A stretch of 63,999 nucleotides of DNA, counting the filler, from Reticulomyxa filosa (taxonomy: Eukaryota > Protista > Foraminifera): assembly GCA_000512085.1 (NCBI GenBank). It is 16 parts of 16 records of this genome, joined end to end, with 100 filler letters (N's around TTAATTAATTAA, not from the genome) between each part and the next. Parts side by side here need not be neighbours in the genome. Positions count along the whole stretch, not along the records: positions 1 to 15,671 come from ASPP01005437.1; 15 more parts are not named here. One strand, written 5' to 3'. The notes under the pieces are model-generated. The model did no database searches, was not told the origin of the DNA, and saw only the letters and a list, made by a program, of their open reading frames with translations. The translations under genes and the position numbers were made by a program. Shown in pieces: positions 1-11,339 of the stretch (position 1 is the stretch's first letter; each line of letters starts with the position of its first letter).

Positions 1-37
1 AATAATAATAATAATAATAAGTATATATAATATACTT

Positions 38-1585
38 ATCCGACCTAATGTCCAATTGATCCATCTTGTCAGCCATATTTCACCTGTCAAACTTTCCAAA
101 GTCTTATCATCTTCATTAGACTTTTGTAAACGAATCAGCTCTGGGAATTTGTTGAAATTGATTAGTTTGTCCACGTGGGCGTCAATCAAATGTAACATGA
201 GATCCTTCACGCTTTCGTAGCTTTTCAAAGGATCGACGAAATGATCCAAGTTGTATTGGATCGTGGAAATGCCCAGAGACTGTGCGGTGGACAACACTAA
301 CAAAAAGTTTTCACACACTTGCACTTTGGTCAGTGGCATCTTCATTGGATCTGTTTTAGGTATGTTGACATACCGCACATCAATACATTGCGGTTGAATG
401 GCGTTCAAAAATAAACAAAACACCACCCCGTCCTTCATCTGATTAAAGATATACTTCTCTGGCGCTTTAATGTTCAACGGAATGTAATATGCCCATTCTT
501 CGGGCAATATCTGTAGGGCGGACCTCTTTAAATACTCCATCATCATTGATTGCACGGAGGGGCCTTCGGCAGGCGGTGGTGGTGGCCGATATTTGGGTGC
601 GCTGCTCGAAACCGAGGCGTAGCGAACAGACGCTTGACTGACTTGTAGGGTTGTGTCAACTGCCTTATTTTTTTTATTAAGAAGAACAAGAAGGGGATCA
701 CACACACACAAAAAATCATATTCACCTTTCATATGCAAAAATCATTATCTTCACATAGTAGTAATAGTCAATACAAAATTAAATAGGTTTACAAAACATT
801 ATCGACAGCAGAGGAGGAAATGGCACCATCGGTTGTGGAATGTACTGTCTCTCGAGTTTTAATGGCATCGCTTGCACGTAGATTTTGATTGTTATTACGG
901 TCGTCGTTACTTTTTTCTTCTTTGCCATTCTCATTCTCATCATTGTCATTGTCATTGTTATTGTCATTATCATTTTCATTGTCATTTTCATTTTCATTTT
1001 CGTGCTCGGCACCGCTTTCGTCATTGCTGTCGTCGTTCGAAATGTGGGCTCTTTTCACACGGGCATTGAGAGCACAATTAATGTATGGTGCTACTGCGCA
1101 AAATTGAACGCTTTCCAATTCGCGGATTATTGCTATCCATTCCAAAACGTCTTTCAAATCTCCTCGAAAATGAAAATGTCGTGGATCATTCTTCATCATT
1201 TCCTCCGTATTGTCTGACATATTTCATACATGTTGTTTTTTTTTTTTACGTTGCTTATTTCGAACATACCGTCTTTCGATTCATCTGCATCACGCTTTAG
1301 TTTGTGTTTGCGAAATAAACGAAAATGATTCGCCAACAGTGTATCTGGTTGGACGTAAAAGTTGCTCAAATCTATCACTTCGGTTGGCTTTTGGCTAAAG
1401 TCATTGCTTTTGTAAGTGTAAAATTTGCTTGGCTCTGACAACAGGCACCAACGCTCACGCCACACTGCCAAATGACGACTACGTTTCTCCAAACGACTGA
1501 TTTTACGAGCATTCACTGCTAATGTTGTTCGAGTCTTGGATCGGGACTTGTTTTCCACATCCTTGTTAAATCCCAAAAATTGCAT
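38..1585 (-). CDS. PH-domain protein with fimbrin/plastin-type calponin-homology domains (multi-exon, 3' end runs off the window)
   Basis: Exon 1 has a PH motif (LEKRSRHLAVWRERWCLL..FYTYKS..PTEVIDL). Intron 1214-1269 (GTATGT..TCAG) joins it in frame to HFHFRGDLKDVLEWIAII, then an N/D/E-rich linker. An exon at about 660-40 reads PPPPP..IPLN..IFNQMKDGVVFCLFLNAIQPQCIDVRYVN..CENFLLVLSTAQSLG..FPELIRL..LESLTGE/WLTRWINWTLG, typical of fimbrin CH1 and the start of CH2. One homopolymer frameshift at 78-81. Confidence 0.75.
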
Positions 1586-2266
1586 GATGTTGATTTTTAA
1601 AAAAATGTTAAACTCGTAACTTTACTTTGAACACATAACACAAGATTTCAATTGGAAAATCTTTTTCCATAAATGGCATTAAGTGGTCCATCACATTTAT
1701 TGTAAGAAAAAGAATTATCACCAAGTTATAAGCTACAGACCACAAGCGATATAAATTTTTATATTACAATGAAAACACTATGCAAAGCTTAAAAAAACAA
1801 AGAAAGTGAAAGGTGCGGGACAAAATCTAATACATAGAAGTTTAATTAATTTCAAATTTTCTAAGCTTTAAAAAGTAAAATTTGTAGCATACATATACTT
1901 TCAAAAAGGGGCATGCATTTTCTTGCTATTCTTTGTTTGAATCAAGTCGTAGACGATTTCTTTTAACAATTACAGAAGAAATAGAGAATAAAAAGTGTTA
2001 TTTTCACAATAAGTATATGAATATTGAAGCAAATGAGAAACAAGTATACGCACAAACATAAAACGTAAAAGCAACAACTGTATTCATAGAAAAAAAAAGG
2101 CACCACCAAAATCAAGCAAAAACACCAACGAAGACAAAAAAAAAAGAAAAGAAATACAAAGCGGCCAACCGCAAGCAGATCGCGGGCAATAGCAACGCAA
2201 AAAAAAAAGGTCCATTGAATGTTAATGCCTGTAACGACAAATGAGAGAAAAGGAAGACAAATAAGA

Positions 2267-5200
2267 TCAATGATCAATATCATTTTCATGTGAGTAAGAT
2301 TTGGATCTGGATTGACTGACTTCTCTCTCAGGAACATCGACGCCTAATTTTTTCAAGATATCAATACCCCTTTGAAGTTTATTTTCAACAATCCAATCAA
2401 TGCACGTTTCCTCGTCGTTATTTTGCAGTGTGGCAATTTGTTCTTTGGTGACATTCCAGAACTCGATCAAATAGCCAAACACATCCATTTGGCCTGTCAT
2501 ACACGCCCACAGTAGCGCAGTGTTGCCCTCGTCATCCCTGACGTCCGGATTGCAGAGCGAAGACCGTACAAGCTCTTGAACACATTCTAAATGTCCCTCT
2601 GCACAGGCTTTCATCAGAGCAGTTTCACCAATTTGGTTTTGATGATTGACGTTGGCATTGTATTTCAAGAGTATCCTCACGGCCTTGACCTCGCCATGAT
2701 CAGAAGCGACAAGCAACGGCGAATTGCCGTACTTGTCGCACTTTTCAATGCTTGCACCTTTTTCAAGGAGCACTTCCAAGCTGGCCGCAGAGCAGTTGTA
2801 GGCGGCCCAGTATAAAGCAGTTTCCTCTCCTTTATTCATTTGATTGACTTCACATCCGTGATCAATCAAAAAAGCGATGGAAGAAGGTTGATCTGTCATA
2901 GCAGCAGCGATCAATGGAGTATTGCCATCTTCATTGCCCAAGTCCAAATTGCAGCCAACACCAGCCAACACTTCCAAATTCTGTAATTGTCCTTTCCACG
3001 CTGCATTGTAGGCAGGCGTGGCTCCATTGTTATTGCGAGAATCGAAATTGAATCCAGTCGTGTACAACTTGAGACTCGTTTGGACAGTACGCTGGACTTG
3101 AACGCCATCCAAGTCCGACGTGGTTGATGACGCCGACACATTGCTATCTCCTCTTGACAATGCGTCATGACGAAACTCATCTCCGTACTTGCTTACTAAA
3201 TACTCGAGGATATTCTTGCCATTGAAAACCAGTGCTGCATGATGTGCGATCGTGTTGCCCTGTTCATCCGTGACGCCAATTTCCAATCCACGCTCATTCA
3301 ACAGCTGCACGATTTCTTTATCCCCCTTTTGTGCGGCCAGGAGAATGGCCGAGTCACCTTGCATACTTTTAGCTGCCAAGTCGGCATTCCAATCGGCCAA
3401 TTGTCGTATGACGGTGGGCTGAGACCCTTCGACGGCACTGAACAAGAGCAGCTCGTCGAACTCGTCGTGCAACGTTGTCACGTCGATACGTAGTTGTGTA
3501 TGCACGAATTTAAGGATTTCCGTGTCGCCATAGAAGGATGCGTAGCGACACAGATGACGCAAACCTCCGCCGTTTTTGGCCATTAACTCCACACACGACC
3601 AATCATATCGCAGTCCCAATACAATGATGCCAATTTGATCTTGCTCGTTCGCTTCAAACATGTTAATGTGCTGCCGACTGCGCAGCAGCCAGTTCAACTC
3701 TTTATAGTTGTTTCGATGCACTGCTCGCCAGAATTGACGCTGTAGCAATTGTTGTCGACTCGTCTTGCCGTCCAATCCAACAGGCATCGTTTTGATCAAC
3801 ACACCACTCGAACGCCGAGAGTTACGTTTGGAGCTGGTCCCTGATTTGTCTGTATTATACTCGTCTGCTGTCTGTTTTATTTATTTATTTATTTTTTTCT
3901 TCAATTGATATTAATAAATCGACATTATAAATTATATGCTTATTTATTAATATCGATTGACCTGGACAAATACGGCCTTTCCTGCTTTGCTTGCGGCGAG
4001 GGCCTTGGTTTCGTCGGCCAGGCTGTCCTTCACAAACTCATGTCGAATGGGATAAAAGGCGATCAAAAACATCCAAGTGGACATGACGGCGATCCAATAG
4101 GACGCAATGGTAAAACTAGACTGCACGTTCACCGAGGCTTTATGCAGCTTTCCAGTACCATACAACTCGATGCCAATGAAGATCAATTCCAAGACTGATT
4201 CCACGAAGCGGGATGCAGTGTATGTGGTAATCACATATGACGCGTACTCCTCCAGATTGGCCGAATCTTATTTCATGTGCGTGTATGAGTGTGAGAAAGG
4301 CAATGCCCCGTTTGTGCATAATATAATAATCGATTAGAGAAAGGTGGGCATAGATGGAGATATATGTCGCATAATGGAGCGACAAACATATTTGCGTGGT
4401 TTAATGTTTGTAATATTGTATTGTATTGTATTGTATTATTATTGTTTGTTTGTTTGTTTGTTTGTTTGTTTGTGGAAAAAAAACTTTTGTTCATATGCAA
4501 AAATTTGCCGGCAAAGAATTCGACAAACATTCGAACAAAAATCAAAGGCGATCCCAAGATGACGAGAACAAAGTAATGAAGTCGATTTAAGCGATTCAAA
4601 AAGTTATCGCGACTGGCAATACGTCCAAAGGGCGAGCTGTAATCGGGGAATGCCAAAAGTGACTGATAAATGAAATTGTAAGGTTCGTTATCAGTGCGTC
4701 CCAATCTTTTTTTTGAATAAAAGGAGAGGGTATGTTATTTGTAATCGAAATCAAAATTTCGTTTTCAAAAAAAAAAAAACTTGAATGGTCCCGAATTGGC
4801 GACCAAAGGAATGAGAATGACCAAGAATAAGACCCACCAAGGAAACAAGGCAATGAAAAAGGCCAAAACCAAAACGCGACTAACGACTTGGAAGAGACGA
4901 TAGCAGTGATTCGCGAAGCGCACAAAGACGTGAGAGTGGAATGAGTCCAAGGCGAGACATGTTGTGTCATACAAAGACAAGGAAAGGAGGATGGACAAAA
5001 CCGAGACGAACAAGGACAGCAATGCAAAATGTTGTACGTCATTGTCGAAGGAGCTATTTTCTCCATACATAAGAAACGTGACGGCAAATAAGCAAAAAGG
5101 AAACGACTCTGTCAGTGAGCGGACTTTACAGAACCACGCAAACTCTGGTACCAGTATTCGTGTGTAATCCCAATTAAACAGCCACGGTGCCAGTTCCAAC

Positions 5201-5946
5201 AGGTATCCTGCATCGAATATCAATTGTAGCCAACAGTAGTTAATACATGAAACACACGATGGCTCGCTTTTATATAACAATGTGTTCGCCGCACCCAAAC
5301 GGTTCAAATGTATCGACGGACCGCCTTGTGCAATGGCTGCGGACAGCAATGCGCGATTTCCCGACGCTGTCTTTGTGTAGCTGTAGCGGGGGAAGTAGAA
5401 CCACAACACCAGAAACGATGACACTCGGTAGAACACGAGGATTAATATCCCTACAATCAGATATTGCTGTGTCAGGTCCCATTCGTTGCCACGGTTACTG
5501 TTTTCGATCAGGTTCGTTAACAATCCCAAGTGCAGTCCTGTATCACAAGAGTGCACAAATGCTATACATGATTCCCACTTCGATGATGGTGCTCCTTGCC
5601 ATGTTGATGTATGTGTTATGTCGTGCAACTTTGTCAGATCCACTGTTCCACTGCTTTGTCTTCGATGCAATTGCGCGTCGTTCTCTTCTTCTTCCAATTC
5701 TTCTTCCGTATCGTGCACTCTTTCCAATCCTCCTTGGACGTGACTACGACGTACTTTACCACTACTTTGTTTGCGGTGCCCCACCACTACCATCCCGTCC
5801 TCTTTGTTTTCATCTATCCCTCCTATGCCTCCTGTCAACACATTCGGGCTCACTTTTGAGGTTCTGGACTTGTAATATATAAACAATATCGTTACAAAAT
5901 ATGGCAAAATGTAGACAAAGGCAACCGCCCAAGCCGACACCACCAT
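2267..5946 (-). CDS. XK-related (Xkr) multi-pass membrane protein fused to C-terminal ankyrin repeats; 4 exons (5946-4781, 4705-4485, 4266-3962, 3871-2267), about 1098 aa
   Basis: XK-like motifs TESFPFCL, SLFVSVLSILLSLSLYD, YRLFQVVSRVLVLAFF and SRFVESVLEL. GT-AG introns 4706-4780, 4267-4484 and 3872-3961 keep frame (total 3297 nt). The last exon has many ankyrin repeats (GDSAILLAA, GNTIAHHAA, GATPAYNAA, GNTPLIAAA, ETALYWAA, GNSPLLVAS, GETALMKAC, GNTALLWAC). Confidence 0.75.
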
Positions 5947-7085
5947 GATGAAGGAGTTTTTTTTACCCCTGACATCAAGGAAGGCTGACCCTACCTACTT
6001 TTTGCACTGGCTCTTGTTGCACAAATTTGAAGTGAAATAAGAAACTTCATACGCTCTGATATTACCCATTCATTAACTTTGAACGCACATTACAAGAAAA
6101 TAAATTTACATCAAACAGTAATCGTTTTTCAAAAAAAAAAACATTAAAATGCAATCTATGCAAGTATTTTGCTCTCTTTATTTTGCTTTATGTTTTCAAA
6201 AGAAAAAATTTCGCATTACACAAGCATATCCACACGTGTGAAAAAACTTAGTTACATGTGATTGCAATTGTTTTTGTTACTGAAAATAATAAACAAGTAT
6301 CTTGAAATGATTTAAAGATAAGCCCTTGCAATAAAAGAACAAATAGAAGACAAAAGACGCTTGATAAAATTTTTAAAAAATATTTTTCACTTTCCATTTT
6401 GTGAGTGCTGGTTGCATTTGCAAAGCAAGTACGAGATTGTACATGTTCAACTTAGATATTTGATTTTAGCAATATCGATAATGTTGCTTGATCTCAATTA
6501 TATTTTATTTCTAAAATTTGCAAACTTTACGAATCTTTTTTTGATATTTTACCATTGACTGGCTAAAGTCATGCAAGTATCTCATTGTAATGTAGATATT
6601 TCAATAAGAAGTCAACATTTTTGAAATTACTTTGAAACTGATTTTATTAAGGCACGTATGCAGATTGATTTTGCTGTATTATAATTTGACAGTATTCTCT
6701 AGTATTAATATGCACATGATTGTTTGTTTACGCACTTATAAATATAAAGAATGCTGTCAACAAGATTACATATAATTTTAAAAATGTTTATACAATTTGT
6801 TTCGTTTACTTGTTTGATGTATGTTTAAAAATCGAATTATTATATTTTTTGTCTTTGTGTGATTGATTGTATTTATTGCGTACTGTTACTGCAAAATGTA
6901 TACATTCATTGTAATGATATCTTTTTTCAACTTGTAAAAAACTCTAATTAAAGCAAATAACATCAAATTTAAGGATTTTTGAGAATAAAATACACAAAAG
7001 AGGCATTTTAAGAAATTCATAAGATGTTATTTCTAAACACTGATAAATTTAATTGTGGAACGTTTATAGAATTTTTACAAAAAAA

Positions 7086-7868
7086 ATGTCAAACGTGCGT
7101 CAATTTTCCATCCCAGAAGATATTCATCTTTTTGTTTTAACTTTTTTGGAACTAAAAAGCTTGGTTCATTGCTCAGAAGTCTGCCATTCATGGCAAAAAC
7201 TGGTTAAAAGTGAAAAAGCAAACGTGATTTTGTGGAAACGTATGTATGAAAGTTTATTGGAGCACAACCGGACGTTGTCAAACTTTAAGAAAAGAGACTA
7301 CTACAGCAACGTTCGTTTCAAAGTAATTAACGGGCGTTTACCAAAGCAATTGATACGGACGTTGCATCATCAATTTATTTCGATGGATAACTACGCACTG
7401 GGTGATTATATTACAGCAATGCCGATTGATGACAAACCATTAAACCAATGGAAGGCCTTTATAAAAGGGCCAGCAGACACTCCATACGAAAATGGTGTGT
7501 TTGAGCTAGAAATAAATTTTTGCGATGAATATCCGTTTAAACCTCCGAAAGTTAGATTTGTAACCAAAATTTGGCATGTTAATATTTCGCAAAAAAACGG
7601 TTTCATATCGTTAGACTTGCTGCAGAACAATTGGTCGCCCGCATGGACTGTGGGGACAATGTTATTAGCTATTATGAGTTTGCTTGGGGATCCCAACTGG
7701 AGAGAACCTTTAAATACAGATGCTGGCAAAATGCATCGCGAAAATCCACAAGATTTTGATGCAATGGCGAAAAAATGGACAATGAAATATGCTACACCTG
7801 AAAAAATTGGAACTAATTCGGTCTCGAAAAACAAAGGGAAAAAGAAAAAAAGATTTGTTTTGTTTTGA
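7086..7868 (+). CDS. F-box + ubiquitin-conjugating (UBC/E2) fold protein, catalytic Cys replaced by Ser; intronless
   Basis: N-terminal IPEDIHLFVLTFLELKSLVHCSEVCHSWQKL..ILWK is an F-box. The C-terminal WKAFIKGPADTPYENGVFELEI..YPFKPPKVRFVTKIWHVNI..GFISLDLLQNNWSPAWTV..LLAIMSLLGDPN..PLN is Ubc4/5-like. Polybasic tail KNKGKKKKRFVLF. Confidence 0.88.
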   Translation: MSNVRQFSIPEDIHLFVLTFLELKSLVHCSEVCHSWQKLVKSEKANVILWKRMYESLLEHNRTLSNFKKRDYYSNVRFKVINGRLPKQLIRTLHHQFISMDNYALGDYITAMPIDDKPLNQWKAFIKGPADTPYENGVFELEINFCDEYPFKPPKVRFVTKIWHVNISQKNGFISLDLLQNNWSPAWTVGTMLLAIMSLLGDPNWREPLNTDAGKMHRENPQDFDAMAKKWTMKYATPEKIGTNSVSKNKGKKKKRFVLF

Positions 7869-8603
7869 GTCAGCCAGCTTTTTTTTATCCTAAAAAAAAT
7901 GAAAACTTCCCAAATCAACCTTCCTCTCCATCCCTCCTGTATACCGTTCCCCTTTTTTTTCTTGTTGTGTAGAACTTTATACTAAATCCAATGAAAATCG
8001 TAGTTTGTCGCTTTTTATCATTATTCTTCAAAAAAATGTTAAAATGCCACTGTTTAATATATCCTTATTCCATGCTACTTTCTACTCTTGAGTTGGATTC
8101 TGTCACTGGAATGACTGATTTTTTTTTCTTCTGATCCTTGTCCCTTTTCAACGCCTTACCATTTGGATATTTTAAATCAATCATTTTTGTGCTTGAAATA
8201 TCTGTTTTTTTAATGTTGTGCAGCTTTTAGTTTTTTTACGTACGGCTGACTCTATTCGTGAAAGGATTTTCTCAAAGAGGTTACCGAAGTTATGAATTAT
8301 TATTCCTCACTACTGTAATCAATGGCATGCAAGCTTTGTATTACTCAAAGTACGTCGTGTCATGCCTTCTTTTTTTCATTTCAGACAAAGTACAAATAAA
8401 GTTTTCTGACTTTGAGTTTTTCAAAATCAATCATATTATAATGAAATGTTATATCTGTGGTATAATCCACTCGCAGAAGACGGAATTGAGACGATAACCT
8501 GACCACATGTTTCACAGACTTGTATCACACGAAGCTGAGCAGAAAACTTAAAGTGAATATTTTTTTCCTAGTCCCTTTTTATTGGACGATATTAAAGTAT
8601 CAT

Positions 8604-11339
8604 ATGAGTCTTATTGGTGGCCATCGTAAATTGTTGCACTCTTTTATTTGTTACAGTTTTAGTTTGATATTTTTGGCATATTGTTTTTCTCATTATGGAG
8701 TATTTCCAGGACACTACCACACAACAATATCCGTGCTTCAATCAATGAAGCAACCGAATCCAACGCAGAGATATGAACTATCAGCAACAAACCAATCAAG
8801 CACGCAGCCAATCTATCCTGAGCATGTTGCCGGGATTTGTTCTGTTGACTTTTATTTGTTTTGTGCAAATATCAAAAAAAGAAGGAGGCTAAAACAAAAC
8901 GGAAATATTTGAAATAGATACAGGCAAATATAACGACAGCGGGAATTATCTGCCAAAGCATGGACAATGTTTTCTGATAATTGAGTCAGTAGAGTCAATA
9001 GTCTCAGCATCGGTGATGAATGCATCACGAGACAAGCAAATAATAAGCAACGTGGCCCGAGCGAAAATGCATTTACTAAAAAATGATAGCAGTACATTGT
9101 TGATAATATTTAGTCACGGCATATATGATCAAAGTCTCGGAGTGGTGCTGCTGTCCTCGCAGAACTTTACGTATTGGAAGGCGATGCATCACTGGCAACA
9201 TAAAGACAGTTCGAGGACGGCGCCGGGTATGAACTTTCGCAATGACACGGACGTGGCATACGACGAGATGGACGACTTATTTACGCCGTGTTTGATCGGG
9301 ACGTCGCAGCTGTGGCAGGCCCATCCCAATGGTCTGTTTGTGCAAATACACAAAGAACAAAGACCAGTCTATGACACCGCAGACCCGTATTATAAAAGAG
9401 AGATCAAAGAGTGTCCAATTGTTATCGCGTTGCAAATGACTCAAGTGTCCACTTTCAAAAAGTCGTTGCAGCTTCAATCCACATCTTCCAATTCTTATTC
9501 CAATTCCAATTCCAATTCCAATTCCGACTCGGATTCTGATTCCAAAGACACTGACGATTCGGATGCTGTTCGTGGGTGTGTCATGACCATTGTAAATAAA
9601 AAAGAACAGCAATGTGGCGTCCATAAGAAAATTCCTGGCTTTATTCGAAGTTTCTTGTCCTTGCAATTTGTCGAACAAGGCAAATTTCTTTCTCAAGCTG
9701 CCAATTATTGGTGGACTGCCTTTTTGCTCACTATGTGTCAGGTAGCGTGTCTGTTCTATCCTTTTTTGACAATTATATACATACATATATGTACATATAT
9801 AATATAATATATTATATTATATTATATTATATTATATTATATATGTATGTATATTGATTCCTGAATAGTGCTACATATTACTTCGACAATGGTCATATGC
9901 CACGCAACATCAATCTCTTATTAAGTTGTCGTTGTGCACATTGTTTTTGCAATCCGTTTACAGTGGTATCATTTTTGCCTTTCATTTTTATATTGCCATT
10001 AATGTCGATGCATTGGGTGCATCTTTTTTGATGGTTGCAACTGTTTGTCTATGGCAATTAAATGTATATAACAGGTTTGTTTCCACATTTTCTTGCTTTT
10101 GTTCTTTCGTCCATCCTATTTTTCTTCTTTTTCTTCTTTTCATTTCATTTATATACACACCACACACATATATATATATGTATATGTATATAACCGACTT
10201 CACAGATGGATTCACGAAATTTGGCACTTGAGACATGGGAATCACAGATCATTAGCCTTTTTTCGCCTTTTTGGCAGCTAAGTTTGTTTGTTTTTTTTTT
10301 TTGGAATAGTAAGATATATCAGTGTCTTTGTTTTCAATATCACGTCAAACATCCAGTGGGTTTGGCAATTTGGTCTTCCGCATCTTTATTGTTTTCAGCG
10401 ACATTATCATGGATTCATGTCTGCGTATATCTATTGTTGTTCTCCGACTGGACGTTTCAAATTTTTCACAATGCCCGAAAAGACGAACGTCATGTGTGGA
10501 GTTTGGGATATGCGATTGGCATCACTGTCTCCCGATTATTCTTTCCATTATGTTTCGCTGATATTCCTCATACAAATTCATATATGTATATATATTATAT
10601 ATACATATGCATATATTTATATACAAATACATACATAATATATGTTATGGATAGGGACGGGACGTTTATTTGTTTTGTGTCTTTGAAAACAATTTTATTC
10701 AATTGTGTACATATATACAACACACATAAAATTCATGTGGCTGATATTCATCTGTCTCATTCACATAAATTGTTTATTGAAGATATCTACGGCTGTCCCG
10801 TGAACATGCTACAAACAGAACCCAATTATTGGTTCTGTGCCGTTCTCGTAGGCTGGTCAGCACTTCAAATTTACATATTACATCTACAAGACACACGGAG
10901 TCCCAGGTTTTTTATTCCTCGCCGTTTTAAACCCACAGGTTACACTTATCATCGTGCTCATACGATTGACGTAGACACAAGCGATGAGAGTGAGGACACA
11001 ATGGACCAACATTCAGACACGGATAACATTACTACGGTCACAGAAGTGAATTCACAAATATCACACCACCATGACAACTCTGGTGGTCAAGAAGAGCTTA
11101 TCACCGGCAGCAACACAATCGACAACACTGTTGCTTTAAAACATCGTGGAGAATCGAAAAAAAAGAAAGTCGCCAAAGTTTGTGCTATTTGCTTTGACCC
11201 TATCAAGAAAAACGCTCCAAATGTAATGGTTACGCCATGTGATCATGTGTTTCATGACGAGTGCTTGCTGCCATGGATGAAACGACAACTCACATGTCCA
11301 ACCTGTAGACAGCCTTTGCCCGAAGAGCATAGTGACTGA
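8604..11339 (+). CDS. TUL1: Tul1/Dsc1/FLY1-like transmembrane RING-H2 E3 ubiquitin ligase (multi-exon)
   Basis: Hydrophobic N-terminus, lumenal region and several TM exons. Conserved YGCPVNML..W..LQIYILHLQD..PRFFIP..YTYHR. C-terminal RING-H2 CAICFDPI..MVTPCDHVFHDECLLPWMKRQLTCPTCR. Exact exon boundaries not fully resolved. Confidence 0.8.

Noticed and set aside
885-1217. Very hydrophobic I/V/L-rich ORFs (also 40521, 41024, 45203, 46171) as membrane proteins
   Set aside because: They are antisense or alternative frames of AAT/GAT/AAC repeats that encode poly-N/D in the real genes.
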